Made by a program: the position numbers and the translations under genes. From Amoeboaphelidium protococcarum X5 (taxonomy: Eukaryota; Fungi; Aphelidiomycota): DNA of 64,000 nt. The first letter of the stretch is position 1, and every line of letters starts with the position of its first letter. This document shows, in pieces, positions 28,067 to 42,836 of this stretch. The notes under the pieces are model-generated. The model ran no database searches. It was not told the DNA's origin and was given only the letters and a program-made list of their open reading frames with translations. The stretch covers positions 410,476-474,475 of the forward strand of contig JALDTO010000162.1 of assembly GCA_023515725.1 (NCBI GenBank), read 5' to 3'.

Positions 28067-29086
28067 ATGACTATGGGTGTTAGATGTATATCTTAAGGGA
28101 AGGTTAGATAGTTGTATGCTAGCGATGATGACGCGCATAAAGATCTATTGTTGATGGTCACGTCTAACAGAATATCCGCATTTGATGTTGTATTAGACGC
28201 TGAGATACCGCGTAAGGGAGAGCTATTAACTTGCATAAGTATTTTCTGGTTCAAGTTATTGGAATAACGTGGTATTTTCCAAGGACCGCTTATCAGTACG
28301 GGAGTTGCATCATAATCATCATAAGTATCTTCGCTACCTAATGATGGTAGTCCAGCGATTAGACATCATTTAATCACAGCGGATGTAAACGAGATGCCCG
28401 CTGTGTTCAAAGAGTTTATACAATCTTCACAGTCTTAATCATTTAGTTTTAATCCGAAATCTGTTATGCTGGTTAAGAAACTCAGCGTGATTCCCTTTGA
28501 GGCCATCTGTAGAGGATATCTGGCTGGATCTGCGTACAAGGACTACGTTCGCTCACGTTCTAGTTAATCTGGTATGAGCGATGCTAATATTCCTGAAGAG
28601 ATTAGAAATCTACCAGATGGTTTAAAACTCTGCGATAAACTGCCTGAGCCTTTGTTTACCCCTAGTACAAAAGCTGAAGTCGGAGGTAAGGATATTAATG
28701 TGTCATTTAGTACAATGCAGCGTGATGTCGGTGCTGAGTCGGCTTAGCGCGTGAAAGATGCTGCACTTTAGATTTACACTGCAGCTAGCGAGTATGCCCT
28801 TTCGAAGGGGATCATTATTGCAGACACAAAGTTTGAGTTTGGAGTTGATCCGATAACGTAAGAGCTATATCTTGTGGATGAAGTATTGACACCAGACTCT
28901 AGTAGATTTTGGCCTTTGGAGTCGTATTAACCTGGGCGTGATCAGGCTTCATTTGACAAGCAGTTTGTGCGTGACTATCTCACCAGTGTTAATTTTGACA
29001 AGAAGACCGCGATCAAGTTGCCTCAAGATGTCATTGAAAAGACCTCCTAGAAATATCTCTAGCTGTTGTAGATTCTGACTTTATGA
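28067..29086 (+). CDS. ADE1: SAICAR synthetase (de novo purine biosynthesis)
   Basis: [70 protein letters not shown] at 29084-29086. Confidence 0.95.
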
Positions 29087-29272
29087 AGTGTTTGAATGGA
29101 TAATTATGAGCATTCTTTCCAATTTTCGAATAGTTGCGCGTCTGCTTTAGATTTCAACTTGCTGTAATATAACAGAGATAAAAGAGTATCATTTACAAAC
29201 TTTATTACAATTTCGCCAATATTATCACTTTACGCAATTATACAACTGCCACCTTATTCGACTCAGTGCTAT

Positions 29273-32200
29273 TCACCAGAACGGACACCAACCAATGTAA
29301 CACTGGCACAGGTTCTCGATTGCGGTCGCTTATTAGATCAGCTTCTCAATCTGAGCCTCAACTTCTAACGCGGCACCATCAAGCGTCTTGAAATCTTTAC
29401 CGGTAAGCTTATTCTAGACACGTTTGATAACAGCCACAGCTTTGGCATTCAACACTTCTGGTTTCTATTTACCTTTATCTGCAGCCATATCTCCATCTTG
29501 CATTGATTCATGACCGGGACCACCACCTCCTATAGCAGCACCAGCATTGGCTCGCAATGATTTCTACCTCATAGATCCCATAGCCTGAGTGACATCATCA
29601 AAAAAGTCATCCTCATCACCTTCCTCCTGAATGCCACCACTTCCACCATATTCACCGTCCTGTTGCGATTGATCTCTATCGGTCATCTGTTTGTTATTAT
29701 TATTATTGTCTGCTGCGCTGACATTGCCAAACAGTCTCCAATTAATCAGCGGGTCGTGAACAAAAGCCTCCAGCACTGCCATAAGACTATCTTTACTTTC
29801 ACGCACGACACGCATCACATTCTCCGCCGTCGACCTAAACGATCCTTCAATACCAGACACCTCCATGGCATTGATCAACATGCGGGTGAGTCTGAATGGA
29901 ATCTTCTCCGGAAACTTATCTCTCTACATGGCCACCTCAAAGCAGTCACCAAAATCAATGTGTATAATCTTGCCGCTGTACTTGTCCAACATGAGATTAG
30001 AAGGATGTCGATCACCAAGTCCAAGAATGTAACCGACAATGGACATAACAGCCAGTGAGCGGACATAATTAGTTCTTCTATCGAGCCATGACTCGGAACT
30101 GCTACTCTTTAACCATAACACCTTCTACAAATCCTATCCAGTGGTCTGCTCAAGTGCATATTAGAATACCTCAATCTTCTGCATCAGGGACAAGTTATCA
30201 TAATCAGGTGCCATTTGCAGCATTAGACGATGTTCAATGTTAAGCAGTACCTTTCTTCCCTCGCGGTAATCTCTAATAAGACTATGCAGAGTGTCACAAT
30301 TAGGCACCCAACCAATAAGACCAGAGTTTGGCGATAGAGGAATAACAGGATATCTTTGAATGGCAAGATGACGCTTATAAGTCTCAGGATCTGTCATTAG
30401 TAGCGTATTAACCAGACCGAACAACTGCATGACTCTCTCATCCTAACGCAGATCCTCGTGGCCTTTCAGCAGATACTGATACTGCTTGCCATCGCTACCA
30501 ACAATAGTCAATTTCCTTGGTCTTTGCTTGGAGGTGATCACAGACAGACTAGGAGCGAATGACTTGATTCTCACCACATCGTCCCCACTCTTGTAAGTAC
30601 CAGGGATAGCCAATTCCAAATCGATTGCATTGAGCAATTTTGGGGAAACATACTGCAATTCAAGGGTGGTCAATTATGGAAGCTACTTATTGATTCTGCG
30701 GAAAATAGAATAATACAAGTCCCAAGCCTGATTAATATCATTCTCCACACCGCTCTACTTGAATTTGCGGCACCATTCAGCTGCCTCTTGCAGGTCACGT
30801 CCAAAACACTACAAGAACGATACTTCACGCAAAGTCTCGCCACCATTCTCCAACATTGCATGAAGTGGTTCCAATTTCTCAAACATACCCTGCACGTTGT
30901 GCTCTCCAAAATACAGTCTAGATGCATCTTCAAGAGCTTCATGCCACATCTCATGCCATAGAATTGACACTCTAATCAACTCTTGACTTACCAATAGTGC
31001 TTACTCGACCAGCCTAGAACTATGATGTCTCATCTTATCCATAATCATCAGTGCGGCATTTCTACGTGGAATACTTTGAGACTTGGATGCCACAGTCAAA
31101 CTATAGACCAAGGCTTGTGGATGAGCTTTTCCAATCTCTGTGAGCAAATAATGATTCAATTTACGAACATCTTCACTAGGTGTGTGAATTCTCGCAATAA
31201 GCTGCGGAATCACTTGTAGCCATGTGTCAATACTCACACTTTCAATTCCATTCATGATACTCTTGTACACTTCAGGCAGATGACCGTGCTTAAACCACAG
31301 AGTGAGAAGTCTAAGAGTATCTTGTAGAGAATTGCTTTTAGACAGAGCAATCGAACGGAAGAAGCCTTGAATGGCCTGCACAACATACAAATTTATGCCA
31401 GAATATGACACTGATTGTTAAGTAACGGCAGAACTAGACTTGATGAGCTCAGGTGCCTTTTCCATCAGCGAGGCCACCTCGAAATTGGCAAGTGCAAAGG
31501 TATGCCAAGCTTTATACCACTGAGGATCCAGCTTAGTAGCTTCTTCATAATTTCTGAGAATAGAGTGCACATTCTTAGAACTCCATGTATCATCCAAATG
31601 ATGTTGCCACTGACCCAACTTTAAGTGACAGCGTGCAAGAAGCTGAGCATTGATATCTGAAGCAAAGATGTGCTACTCCGTGGCCATTGATCCCTTCAGC
31701 TTGCCTTGGTAAAGCCCAGTCATGGTAACAGCAAGCTACTTCATATGGCTGAAAGTCGCGTTAGAGTGACTAGATTCCCAGATATGCTTCAAATAATTAT
31801 AGGTGACAATAGGATTGGTACTGGTTATATCAGAAGGATTAGCCTTATTGGCGCCCAACTAATCCACGTAAATATCGTCTGCCAACTTGGTACGCCCACT
31901 CTTGCGGCATAAATTGGCGTACTTGACGTAAATCTCAACGTCATCCTTAGGATCTAGTACCAAGCCGCGCACTCTCAACACTCTCTGCCAAATATCCAAG
32001 TTTCTCTAACATCCCTTCAGACGCTCAGACCAAGCCTTCTTTATCACCGCCTGACGTTCAGGAATGTCTTGAAATTTCTTATACACCAAAATTTCCTCCA
32101 ATTCAGACAGAATTTAAATTCTAACGATCCCATTGTATGCTCGAGAATAGCTCTCACCAACCAGAGCCTTAATTTCGGAATCAAGAAAATCTCTAGTCTT

Positions 32201-35200
32201 GTCAATGTACATCTAAGCCGCATCATGATCATCCCTCTTTATAGCCAAAATCACTTTGAAAAAGGTGGCATCAGGAGAATCTGGTTTCATAAACTGAACA
32301 TAATCATCCATCAACTGCCATTACTTGAGACCCCATGCGGCGGCAGTCGCTAGTGGCGATAAAGTTCTCTTTGTTGAATCGTCCACGACATAAAATTACT
32401 ATTGGGCAATATCGTTCAGTTTATCCCACTCACCTAGCGCATGTAAACATCTCAATCTTCCCAGTACAATACTAGGATTCTTCTTTATGTCTGCACTATC
32501 ACTCTTCTCGTATGACTCCAATGCAAGATCCCAGCGCTGCAAACTCTCATACCAAGCCTCTTTCAACTCCATATTGTGCTTTTGCTGCACAAACTTCAAC
32601 AGACCGGTCGCACTATCTGGTTACTGTAGCTAATTATTAATTGATATCAGAGCTTCTACAGTCTCTGGCAATGGATCATTGATAAACTCATTCTCCTTCA
32701 TGTGCAAAGCCTTGGCATAAGCATGAAACTTGGCGGCAACATTACCGAGCAGCTTTGAGTCTATAGGCAGAATTTTCTCATCGTGCTCCATGAACTCAGT
32801 CAAATTCAAAAGGATTTAAACCACCTCAGGAGGAACTGTAGGGGAGGTGAGAGCACTTTCAATTGCCCGCACCAATTCGTCTTACAACTAATCATACAAC
32901 TCACTCCAACATGAAGTGAAAGCAGCATTAAAAAGCCAACTAGCAAGGGGATGATAAGAACTTGCAAGACTTGCACAGGCTCTCAATGCATGCGATGGAG
33001 ACTCTTTAAGCAGTTCCACCGATAATCTACGCAGCCACTCCTACCAATCCTCTTTCGCTGAGCGTTGACCCGTCTCCCACGCCTTCTTTAAATGCATCTA
33101 ATTCACAGGAAGCTTCTTGGTAAGATTAGAGTCCGCAACAGATACATCTTCTGTATTTTAATCATTATCAGCATCAGCTCCGAACTCTTGAGGCAGCGGT
33201 TCCTTCTTTATCAATTTCTATACAAGAAGCGTATAATTAGGATGGACAATACGCTGCTACTTCAGAATCTTATTAATGGATGGCACAAACACAACAAAGT
33301 TCAGCCTCAACTAATACATGACGGCACACAGGGCATCAATCACGGGCGTCTTCAATTCTGCAACTGTATTAGGAGATAACAATATACGCTCCATCGAATG
33401 AACAATCCTGGCAGCATACTCTTAAATATTCGCATTCTTTGACAGCTTCCCAATACTTACAATGCAAGATTTTCTCAGCATTATAGGCTCATCCTCCTTC
33501 TCGGCGCATTATAACAAAGCAGGCATAATCAGACTTAAATAGTCCTCCACACTGGAGCCAAAAACAACGAGAGCGTGTAAAACTTTAAGTGCGACAGCAC
33601 GTCTTTCCGACCTGTCCACCTCGAGCATCTGCAGCATATGGCCAAGTAACTTTGGTAAATAGATGCGAAACTCCGTGTCCAACGCCATAGCAATAGACTC
33701 AATGAGAGTGAGAATAGTGAGCTGGACATTTCCATTCGGTCCCCAATACAATTTAACCATATCTAAAATGTCAACCAAATAGTTCCGGATATGCTATTTA
33801 ACAACACTGACCAGTGCTCCAAGTTGCTGAATATAAAACTCTAGCAGGCCTTGAGGAGCATTGCGCATCATGGTCAAGAACGGTGGCATAATAATAGGCA
33901 GCAGAGAAACGCTCTTGAAGCCAAGAGACTTGATAATGTAAATAAGACCTTAGATCACGGCAGTGTGATGAACAGTAAGTGTAGAATCATTAAGGATTTT
34001 AATCAAAGAGTTCACCGCAATCTATGAGTAGTAATCTTCGTTCTGGGAAGGAGTTTGTAATTACAGAGCATCAACCTCAGCCATACTACGCAAGTCCACA
34101 GCATCCTCAATGCTATTCTGATTCATACGATGTCGATACGGATCTAGTGCTCCCAAAATACCAAGAACACGCATAGTCTATATTCTAATTGAATGCACAG
34201 ATTCGGATTAGAGGATGTTGAGTAATAGAGGCAGCAATTGAGGGTGTTGGAAATAAGGTTACACAACATAAGGACAGTTGGCAGCAATCTATCCAAGACA
34301 TTTCAGAGCTGATTCACGTTTACCAACAGAAGACTGATCTTGAATAGTATCAATAAGCACAGGCATCAACTGCGGCAGATACTTTGCCATACTCTCTCGG
34401 CCGATGGCAGCAAGTTCTCCAATGCTCAGCATGATTTGAGCCGACACGCTGGGAGATGGATCACCAACTTTCAACAGCAGATTATCCATCATCGGGCCAA
34501 CATACGGTTTAATCAAACGTTAACAAGCCGTAATCAACAACGACAATAACGTGGCACTTTCCTCCTTAGACTTGGACACATTCGAGTATTCAAGATCGGA
34601 CATGAGGCGCAGAAATACCTTTCGCAGACTTGGCATTATATGAGCAGGATTGTAAAGCGTCAAGCGACCAATGATATCAACGCATAAACTTCTCACCTCC
34701 CAGTCTTCATCATTTAGAGCAAAGAATAAAGAATTGATAAACTCCTTGCTCGAGAGTAAAATATCTAATTCCTGAGAGATGTTGGACAAAATAACACGCC
34801 TAATCGTCACGTCTGGATCTCCAACAGCAATGTTGACCAGCTTATGCAAAATAACTTTGTACATGGACTTCATATTGGAATTACTCTTATACTCTAAAGG
34901 ATCATTCTCCATTATTTTCAATGCACAAATTGAAGCAGAACGTCGCAGTTCATTAATATCGTCATCAAGATATGCCAAAACCACATCCTTCGCAAAGTGA
35001 GTCAAAGTGTAAGACTTGAAATTGAACTCTGACAATACATTAAATGCAGCAACAAACAGATCCACATTCTTATCCTCTTGTACAATCACCATACGCAAAT
35101 TTGACGCCATCATAGCAAGAGGCGCCACACTTAGAGAACCAGCAGGCCGAAATGGAGATCCTGAGAGCGTCATAGAGACAAGATTAAGCATTTACACCTG

Positions 35201-36520
35201 AAGATAATGCAACAGTTGGGGCACATTCTCAGCAATCACAGCCAACGATGTCCTCAATGCATCACTAAGACCACAACTGAGCATCAACTCTGTGAGTTCT
35301 CGTAAATCCTTGACAATACTCTGACCGACCGCCTGTGATAACATGGCTACAAAATGAAATACGGCAGCTATATCAGCAAAATTCTTACTTCTTCCACGAA
35401 CACTCAACGACTCTTTAGCGGATGCTATGAGCTGAGGTAGATACTAAGTGATTGAAGACTAAACAGCAACACAAATACCACCACAGCTGTTAAATGCCGC
35501 CACCTTGTCTTTATCCTTCTTCAAATGCCCAACCAGATAGGACATTGCAGATGCAAGATAATTACTCACAAACGCATCCGGTTTGAATGACGCAAGCAAC
35601 GGCAATACTGTCATAACAGACTTGCGAATGAGCATATCCTTATTGTCCTTGTGCTTCAGCACCAGATCACATAGTTCGACGTAATGCTGATTCAAGCCAT
35701 CGTTAGAGAACTTCAACATTGACTCCAAAACCAACAGACTCGCATGCACACTTTCAATACTAGAACTTTTGAATCCTTTCAAAGTCTCATCAACCAGTCT
35801 AGTATACCACTTAGCCTTAAATCCCTCCTCGCGATCCCGAGTAGATGTAATGACGCAGCTCAAACATTCGGCGGCACTCTCCCTGATTGCCTGTTTGACA
35901 TCTCTCAGAGGATACCATATTAATTCCACAATTTGATTCGTATAAGCATATAGGAGGGTAGGTGCAGATAAGGTCAACTCATGTAAAACACAAACAGCTG
36001 CAAATCGCTTATGCTCCATCCTCTCACCAGTTATCCACTCAATACATCGACCAACCTCGAAATCAACAAATTCCGCCGTCAGAGTACCACCATACTAAGC
36101 CAAATTACCCAAAGCCTTGGCAGCCAGAACAATAATTTAAGTCTCCACATTATTCCCACCAATTCCACTACCACTGCCGCCACCAGAACCAGGAATGACA
36201 TTTCGCAAATAGTTGGCAAAGCGAGCCACCTTGGTACCAGTCTCCTCGCCCTCGACCTCAATACTGGCCAGAGCTTCAATACATACAACACCACACAACT
36301 TTTCATTAAGATCATTGGAATGAATAAACTCGAATATTTTCCTGTTAATATCATTCATAAACTTGGTGAACTGATCCCCACTCAGCTCTCGACTAACATT
36401 TATGGCGTGCCTCTTCAACCGCTCAGCACTCTTCTACTAATCTCCACCAATCGAGGCACTACTCATTTCTGCAAATATTTTACTCAGAGTATCCACATAC
36501 TACGCAGCCACCATTGCCAT
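29273..36520 (-). CDS. TOR: Target of rapamycin kinase, ~2415 aa, apparently intronless
   Basis: HEAT and FAT regions; [21 protein letters not shown]; kinase [34 protein letters not shown]; [15 protein letters not shown] then TGA. All fragments are in one frame. Confidence 0.97.
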
Positions 36521-37172
36521 CCCTATTATAATGATGATATTTAATTTGAAATCAAGTAATAATCAGATGAGTGTGAATGAAAGAGTGATTACGCAACAGA
36601 GTTCTGACAGAGATGTTTAAGATAAGGAAAGGAGAAAATAACGAACGAGGAAGAACGACGCGACAGAAGTTTTGACTGAATGCAACACTGGCCAAGTGTC
36701 GATCAGAACGATTAGATAATTGCTTTGTAAGTAAGGTGAGTGAGTGTTAATACAATGAACTTGATCTACTAATGCAAAGTGAAGAGTCTAAATCTGTCGC
36801 TACCCATACACACACTTCAATTAAGGCGAGTAGTCTTTATATGGTAAATTGCATCTTGCTTAAAACCAAATTTTTGAATTCAGAATCAAAGCGATTTACT
36901 ACACACTATACATGGTAGGAGATACACTCTTTAAATCGCTGACTGATTTGGTTGAGCTTAATGTTGCAGCGTTGTTTACAGCTCACTTTTTAATTGCAGG
37001 GATCAATTGATCATCAGTGAATGAGATCGGTTTCAAGTCTTACAGATCACGCTGATTTCCTTTTCGCTCTTCTTCTCTCTCAAAACGATCGTTCTTCTTT
37101 TCTTCCTAATCTCTCACTCTGGCCGTTCTCATTATTACATTTTAACACTGATAATTTTAGAACAGAGTTGAA

Positions 37173-39983
37173 ATGTCAATCTGGGATAGACTGAATACTA
37201 TTTAAAATTACGGAACTTAGCTCTTGGAATCTACAGAGCAGATTGCTAAAGAGATTTTGCCTCTGGATGATCCTAATGATAGCAATGTCAAGAATTAGTA
37301 GTAGCCTGGTGGTAGTAGTAATAGTAGGAGAAAGAATACATTTTTGAGTAATTTTATTGATACTAACGACTATGGATTCACGGATACCTCTCTGTCTCCT
37401 CCCACTACTGGTTATAAGAAGTAGGAGGAGGATAAAGCTGTTAATGGTGATCAGGAAGAGAAATCTGATATGGGAGATTTTAGCTCTAATAATCGTCAGT
37501 TGGACAGCGGTGCTGTGGAAGCAAGTAGAAACTTTGATGCATCAAATTAAGCTACTGCTTAGTAATAATTTCCATAGTAGGTGAGATACTAGGAAGACTC
37601 ACCTTAAAGGCGCTAGTAATTGTTTGCTACTCCGTAATAGACTCAGCTTGATCTGGCTTCAGGTGATCAAGTGCAAGAGATAGAATTCCTGTTAAAGTAG
37701 AAGGAGGAGGAAATTGAAGAGTTGCAGTAGGCACTGGTGGATAATTAGCTCAAAGTCAAGACTGCTTAGGAGTAGATTGATAGAATGGACTCCGAGATTT
37801 CTTAGTTGAGAGTGCAATAGTAGCTGGCGGAGTAGTTGCAGATTTAACTATAATAAAAAGACAGTCTGATATAGAAGTTGTAGAATGGCAGTCAGGCTGG
37901 TAGTAGAAAAAACTCAGATTTAGCTTCGCCTTAGTAATCTTTACACTCTCCTTCTTAATGGCAAGTTGGAAGTACCTCTGTATCTGAAGGTACTGTCGGT
38001 CTCAATGTTTAAGAACTACAGCATCGCAATTAATAGTTATAGTCGACTTTAGACCATTTGAAAGTTCGCGCCAAGTAAAAGATTGCAGAGTTATAGGCTT
38101 AGTTGAAGTAAGCACAGGAGCAGTCTGCACCAGTCTCTCCTTAGTAGTAATCGCAAAATCTGCAGCAGGTTGTGCATTAGAAAGATTAAGAAATTGCTGA
38201 ATTGAAAGAAGAATTGAAAAAGGCCAGTACGTAGTTATAAGAGACTGCAGATAAGAATATGGCGGCCAGTAATTCATCTTTATCTCGTGGAGATCTCAGT
38301 ACTGATGAGCAAGTGTAGAAATTGCAGTAAAAATTGTAATTCAAAGATTCTGAATTAGTCAGATTAACTGCTGATTTGAAAAAGTTCTAAGCTTTGGTTG
38401 CGCAGATGAAGAAGATGAAAACGAGAATTGAAGAGTAGCAGGAGATGTTGAAGGCCAAAGATGAGTAGATTTCTATGCTCTCCACTCAATCATCAGTAAG
38501 TAGCAATAATTAGTAAAATGGTGTCGATTAGGCAGCTTTGAATGAAAAAAATTAATTGATCGATGCTTTAAAGTAATAGATTGACGGTCTGCATAAGACA
38601 AATTCGACGTTGCCGTTGAAGGAAGAGGAGATTAGATCTTTAAAGAGAAGCGTGGCTGAGTACAAGACTAATTTAGAAGATTTATAAAGTCAGTTTGCTG
38701 AATAGTAGGAGCAGTTGGAAGAGCGTTAATAGGAGATTAACAAGTTGCGGGATGATCTTAAATATGCTGATAATAGTCAGAGCTCCCGATTGTCTGAGTT
38801 GCAATTAGAAAATTAAAAGTTGAAGAGTTAAATTGAGGAGCTGAGGGCATAAATTGAAGAATTAAGTGGTATTTAATCCAAGTACTCTGATAGTCAGGCA
38901 GACAGTGAGAGAGTAAGAACTTAGCTTGAAAATGCTTAGTAAAAGGTTGAAGAATTGTAGCAGTAATGTTAACTTTTGCAATAGTTTGAATAGAATTGCG
39001 AGCAATTGACATCTCAAGTAGGCGATTTAAAAGGACTTAATTCGCAACTGACCAGTTAAGTAGAAGAATTATCTGAAAAGCTGGACTCTGCTGAGAGAGA
39101 GAAAGCCACGGCTGAATAACAATTGTCTCAACTGCAACTCCAAGTCGATTAATTGGATTCTGATAAGTAATCAGAGTTGGCCGAGTATGTTGTCAAATGT
39201 GAGGATTTGTAAAAGCAGCTGTCTGACGGTGAGTTTAAGCAGTAATAGTTATAAACTAGAATAAGCAGTGTTGAAGAGGAGATTCAGGAGGTACAGAGAT
39301 AGAGAGATGATTTACGGGCGGAACTGGACGGCTTTGGGTAAAATAGTGCTCAAGAGAAAGAGTACCTAGAGTAGAAGTCCAAGTCTTTATCAAATCAATT
39401 ATCATAATAGTCTTAATAATTGCAGTCTGCTGATTAGGAAATTAGCCAACTCAAAGGATAGATTTATGAGTTGGAATCCCAATTGAAAACGTTACAACAA
39501 TCTGGTGCTATCACTTAGAATCATTTGGATAGAGTTACGGATGATTGGCGCTCCAAACTTGCTGATATGGAGTAGAATAACATGCGACTGTTGGATAGAA
39601 CCTTGAGAGCAGAGAGACAACTCGCGAATTATGAGAATGAAAGCCGCAATGCATCTGCAGGTTTGAGTAGAAGTGGGAGCAATTTCATGCAGGGTGTGGA
39701 TACTTTTAGCTGGCTCTAGACTAAAGAGGAAGATGATATCGATAGTGATGGTGCCGACTTGGAATCCGTGTCGCGTGGCAGTCTTATGCCTAGAGGAGGT
39801 GACGTTATGAGCAAAGTGAAATTTTATACACGCTTCTATGTTCGCAAGTCTATGCGGTTGATTGATCGAAAGACTGTTCAGGCTGGCATGTATCTCAAAG
39901 ACAATGCCATGGTGCGTATATGCGCTGTTGGTTATCTCGTCTTCATACAGATCTACCTACTCATGAAGATTATTGGACTTTGA
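37173..39983 (+). CDS. Long Gln-rich coiled-coil, tail-anchored golgin (golgin-84/GOLGA5-like), ~936 aa
   Basis: N-terminus MSIWDRL...LLE, extended heptad region, and C-terminal IDRKTVQAGMYLKDNAMVRICAVGYLVFIQIYLLM, which resembles the golgin-84 juxtamembrane/TM segment. Almost invisible in the standard code because TAA/TAG are dense. Confidence 0.7.
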
Positions 39984-40197
39984 ATCATGCATTGAGAATT
40001 TGCATATTGAATTGCGACACGAATGTATGACATGAAAGATAGGAAGTCACCCTTAATGGTCTTATATTTCAATTCATCATTATTATACTTGGTTACTTGA
40101 TCTGCTTCAAGCAAAATTATCCCAATAGTCAATTATTTATTGCCATTATTATCATCATCTTCTTCATCAACTTGGCAGTTCTACTCCCTTCTATTAT

Positions 40198-41352
40198 TCA
40201 CCAATGTTCTTCGTGCTCAAACGCGAGCGGAACTCTGACTCCATACCAAATAGCACGCATCAATTTTTTCTAGTTATAAGTGAACTCGCGAAGACAGTCA
40301 TCATCGAGATAACTCATGTAGTTGTGGATAGGTTAAAAGTTGAAAAAATCACAACTCCTAAATTGAGAACAAGTACGGCTATCAAAGTGCGAGTACTTGA
40401 ACTCAGATGGAGTATCGTCTTGGACACCATACACTTCCCTATACTGCTGAGGAAAGTCGGTCTAATCGCAGCTATCGGTGTACGTGTGGAGCAGTCCAAG
40501 CCAATGACCAACTTCATGCACAAGAGTCTTTCCTTGAGTGTACTGCAGAAATGGAATGTTTGAATACCAATTCTATATGCCAGGCAGAGTTTGCCAATCC
40601 AACACAATACCATCAACCTGGCGCTTTGCTCGATCGTGAACCAAATCTTGAGGATACACAGCGGCGACACCCATCTTCTCAGAGGCTTCGATTTGAGTAA
40701 TATAAATGTTCAGATCTTTCACTGTACCACGACGGTAAGCCTTCAACATATCTCTTAGCTCAGTCTGAATCCGCGGATTAACAGATCCAGAGCCATCATC
40801 GTAATCGTTCATGCTGATCTGCACTGAAGCAAATTGATCATCAGTGATCACTCGGGCATCAGCAATTACGAATTGAATATTAGCCGGTCTAAACGCATTG
40901 TTCAGCTCCTATACCTATGGCACTATGACTTGAGCATCAGGACAGAAGCTATGACGAGCACAGAATACATGCAAGTACGTGTTGATGTAAATCATTTCAT
41001 TGTAGTCTTACACCGACCTCTTTACCAAATTTTGAGATTAACCGGCAGATTACTGAGATGAAGCCTGACACTTGGGTGCCTATGAAGTTGGCAGTTGAGG
41101 CAGATGTAGACTTTCCACCGAGACATTACGCGGAGTTGTATGTGCAGTATCATTTGAGCTCTTCAGCCAGCCAGCCACAATCTTGTCATCAATTTTCTTT
41201 TTCAATAGCGAGCCACCACATCTATCTTTTTATTACTACGCAGATTGTGGATTTGACGCGTCTAAAGGCTTTGCTACAACCCCATTGAGGAGTAGACGGA
41301 GTATAATCATGGCTAATATTGTAAACCTGGAGAATTTATTCCATTGGGTCAT
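40198..41352 (-). CDS. Secreted M43 (pappalysin/ulilysin-like) zinc metalloprotease, 384 aa
   Basis: Signal-like N-terminus, prodomain Cys motif [25 protein letters not shown], Met-turn [19 protein letters not shown] at 40198-40200. Confidence 0.9.
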
Positions 41353-42362
41353 CTATAAATCCATCTTCTAATTTATCTATCTATCCTTAGTGCAGTGGTC
41401 GATCGAAACAAGATCAATTGAATCAGCTGTAATAACTCTAAGCGGTTACTAGTGATGGCAATTGTGTGTGTGAGTGTGTAATAACTAAAATATACAAAAT
41501 CTATGTGGACTATAAAATTTAATGCCAATCCGATACTCAGCAAAGAAGATGCAACACTCAGCACCAAGGTCAGTTGCAGACTCTTCAGCTTTTCCATTGA
41601 CACTGCAGCGTGAGCGATAATCATTGGCCAATCTATTCTGACACGGTTACACCGATTAAGCAGTACTTCCGCGTGAACATTGTATTAGAGTTACACAAGC
41701 TACAGCCCACATCGACAGCTATAAATCGCTAAATTCTTTGTCATCAATGGTGCAATGAGAATTTCGAAAGATTTACTGTATAAGCAAATTTAGCTAGATG
41801 TTTCATGAGCGAACGTGTAGAATCTTCCCACGGTTAAACACAATTGTGAAATTCGCGAACACTACACTACTTGTACCGTAGTTAGGAGTTTTGCTATAGG
41901 CAGATATTTATTAAGAAAACTATAAAATGCCAACAAAAGCTTGATCGCAATTTTGTTCAATGTCCTGACAATGAAAAAGACTTTGTTCTATTTGACCAAT
42001 GATGACAGTAAAACTTTATTCAAACGTGTTCAATCTTCACCGAACAACTCAGGTTCAAACAACAAAATTCCGGATCTTTTATTGATTACTTTGAATCATA
42101 AAAACACGATGTAAAAACAAGCTTTAAAATTTTTGGAATCTTTATACAAAGGCTGCTTTAATGGAAAATCGTCTGCGTTTCATTATTTGTGATATGGAAT
42201 GTCTGAAAGTAGTCTATCTGTGAAGTAGTGTCTTCAGCCGCTGGAACTAAGAAGGCTTATAGAAGATTATCTGTATATATATTGCAAATCTCCCTAAATA
42301 GATGCTACTTCTTGATGCAGTAATACGATTCAATTTTTCGTCCTGAATTCTAAATTAACTAG

Positions 42363-42836
42363 CTGGTGAGACGCAAGCGTAGGCGGTTAGGACTGCCTAG
42401 ACTAGGTGATAATGTTAAGCGAGCTTGGCGCGGGAATTTGTGCTCGTTCTCTTAGGATGTGGAGAAAGCAATGACTGTATCTGAAGTGCTTCCACTTCCG
42501 TGCAAGGATTTGAGTGACTATCTGTATGTTCATTTGGTTGGCTCGGATGTTCCTGCTCATATTACCCAGCAGGGCTTACCAAAATTGCTCCATCTACGCC
42601 GAGCTGTGATCAGGGACGCGTTAGTGTAGACTATTTGAGAGGATGTTTGAGACGCTTTTTCCGTATGGATGTGGAGGATTCAAGGAAGCTGACCTTTTAA
42701 ATTGAAGTTCGGGTTACTTAATTGTTAGAATCTGATTCAACGTGCTAATTTCGTAACCATTATTCATTTTGTTTTGTAGCTTTCAACATGCTGCAGAGAC
42801 ATGAGCTGAATGAATTCGTCAGTTACCGTATTCGTG
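42363..42836 (+). mobile_element. Decayed, internally deleted Helitron Rep fragment (DUF6570-like and Helitron_like_N-proximal motifs)
   Basis: Three consecutive frames give WRGNLCSFSQDV...LPLPCKDLSDYLYVHLVG...LHLRRAVIRDALV, then MFETLFPYGCGGF, then FRNHYSFCFVAFNMLQRH. These match, in order, Helitron Rep/Hel N-terminal motifs. Frameshifts and TGA stops indicate a relic. Confidence 0.75.

Noticed and set aside
467-36520. TRA1, TOR and other genes as pseudogenes riddled with stops
   Set aside because: The interruptions are only TAA/TAG, frames never shift, and several fall at conserved Gln positions. This is codon reassignment.
41640-42360. Extension of the Helitron ORF or a captured gene upstream of the Rep fragment
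   Set aside because: The plus-strand frames I read contain TGA stops and no recognisable motif, so the element's left boundary cannot be placed.
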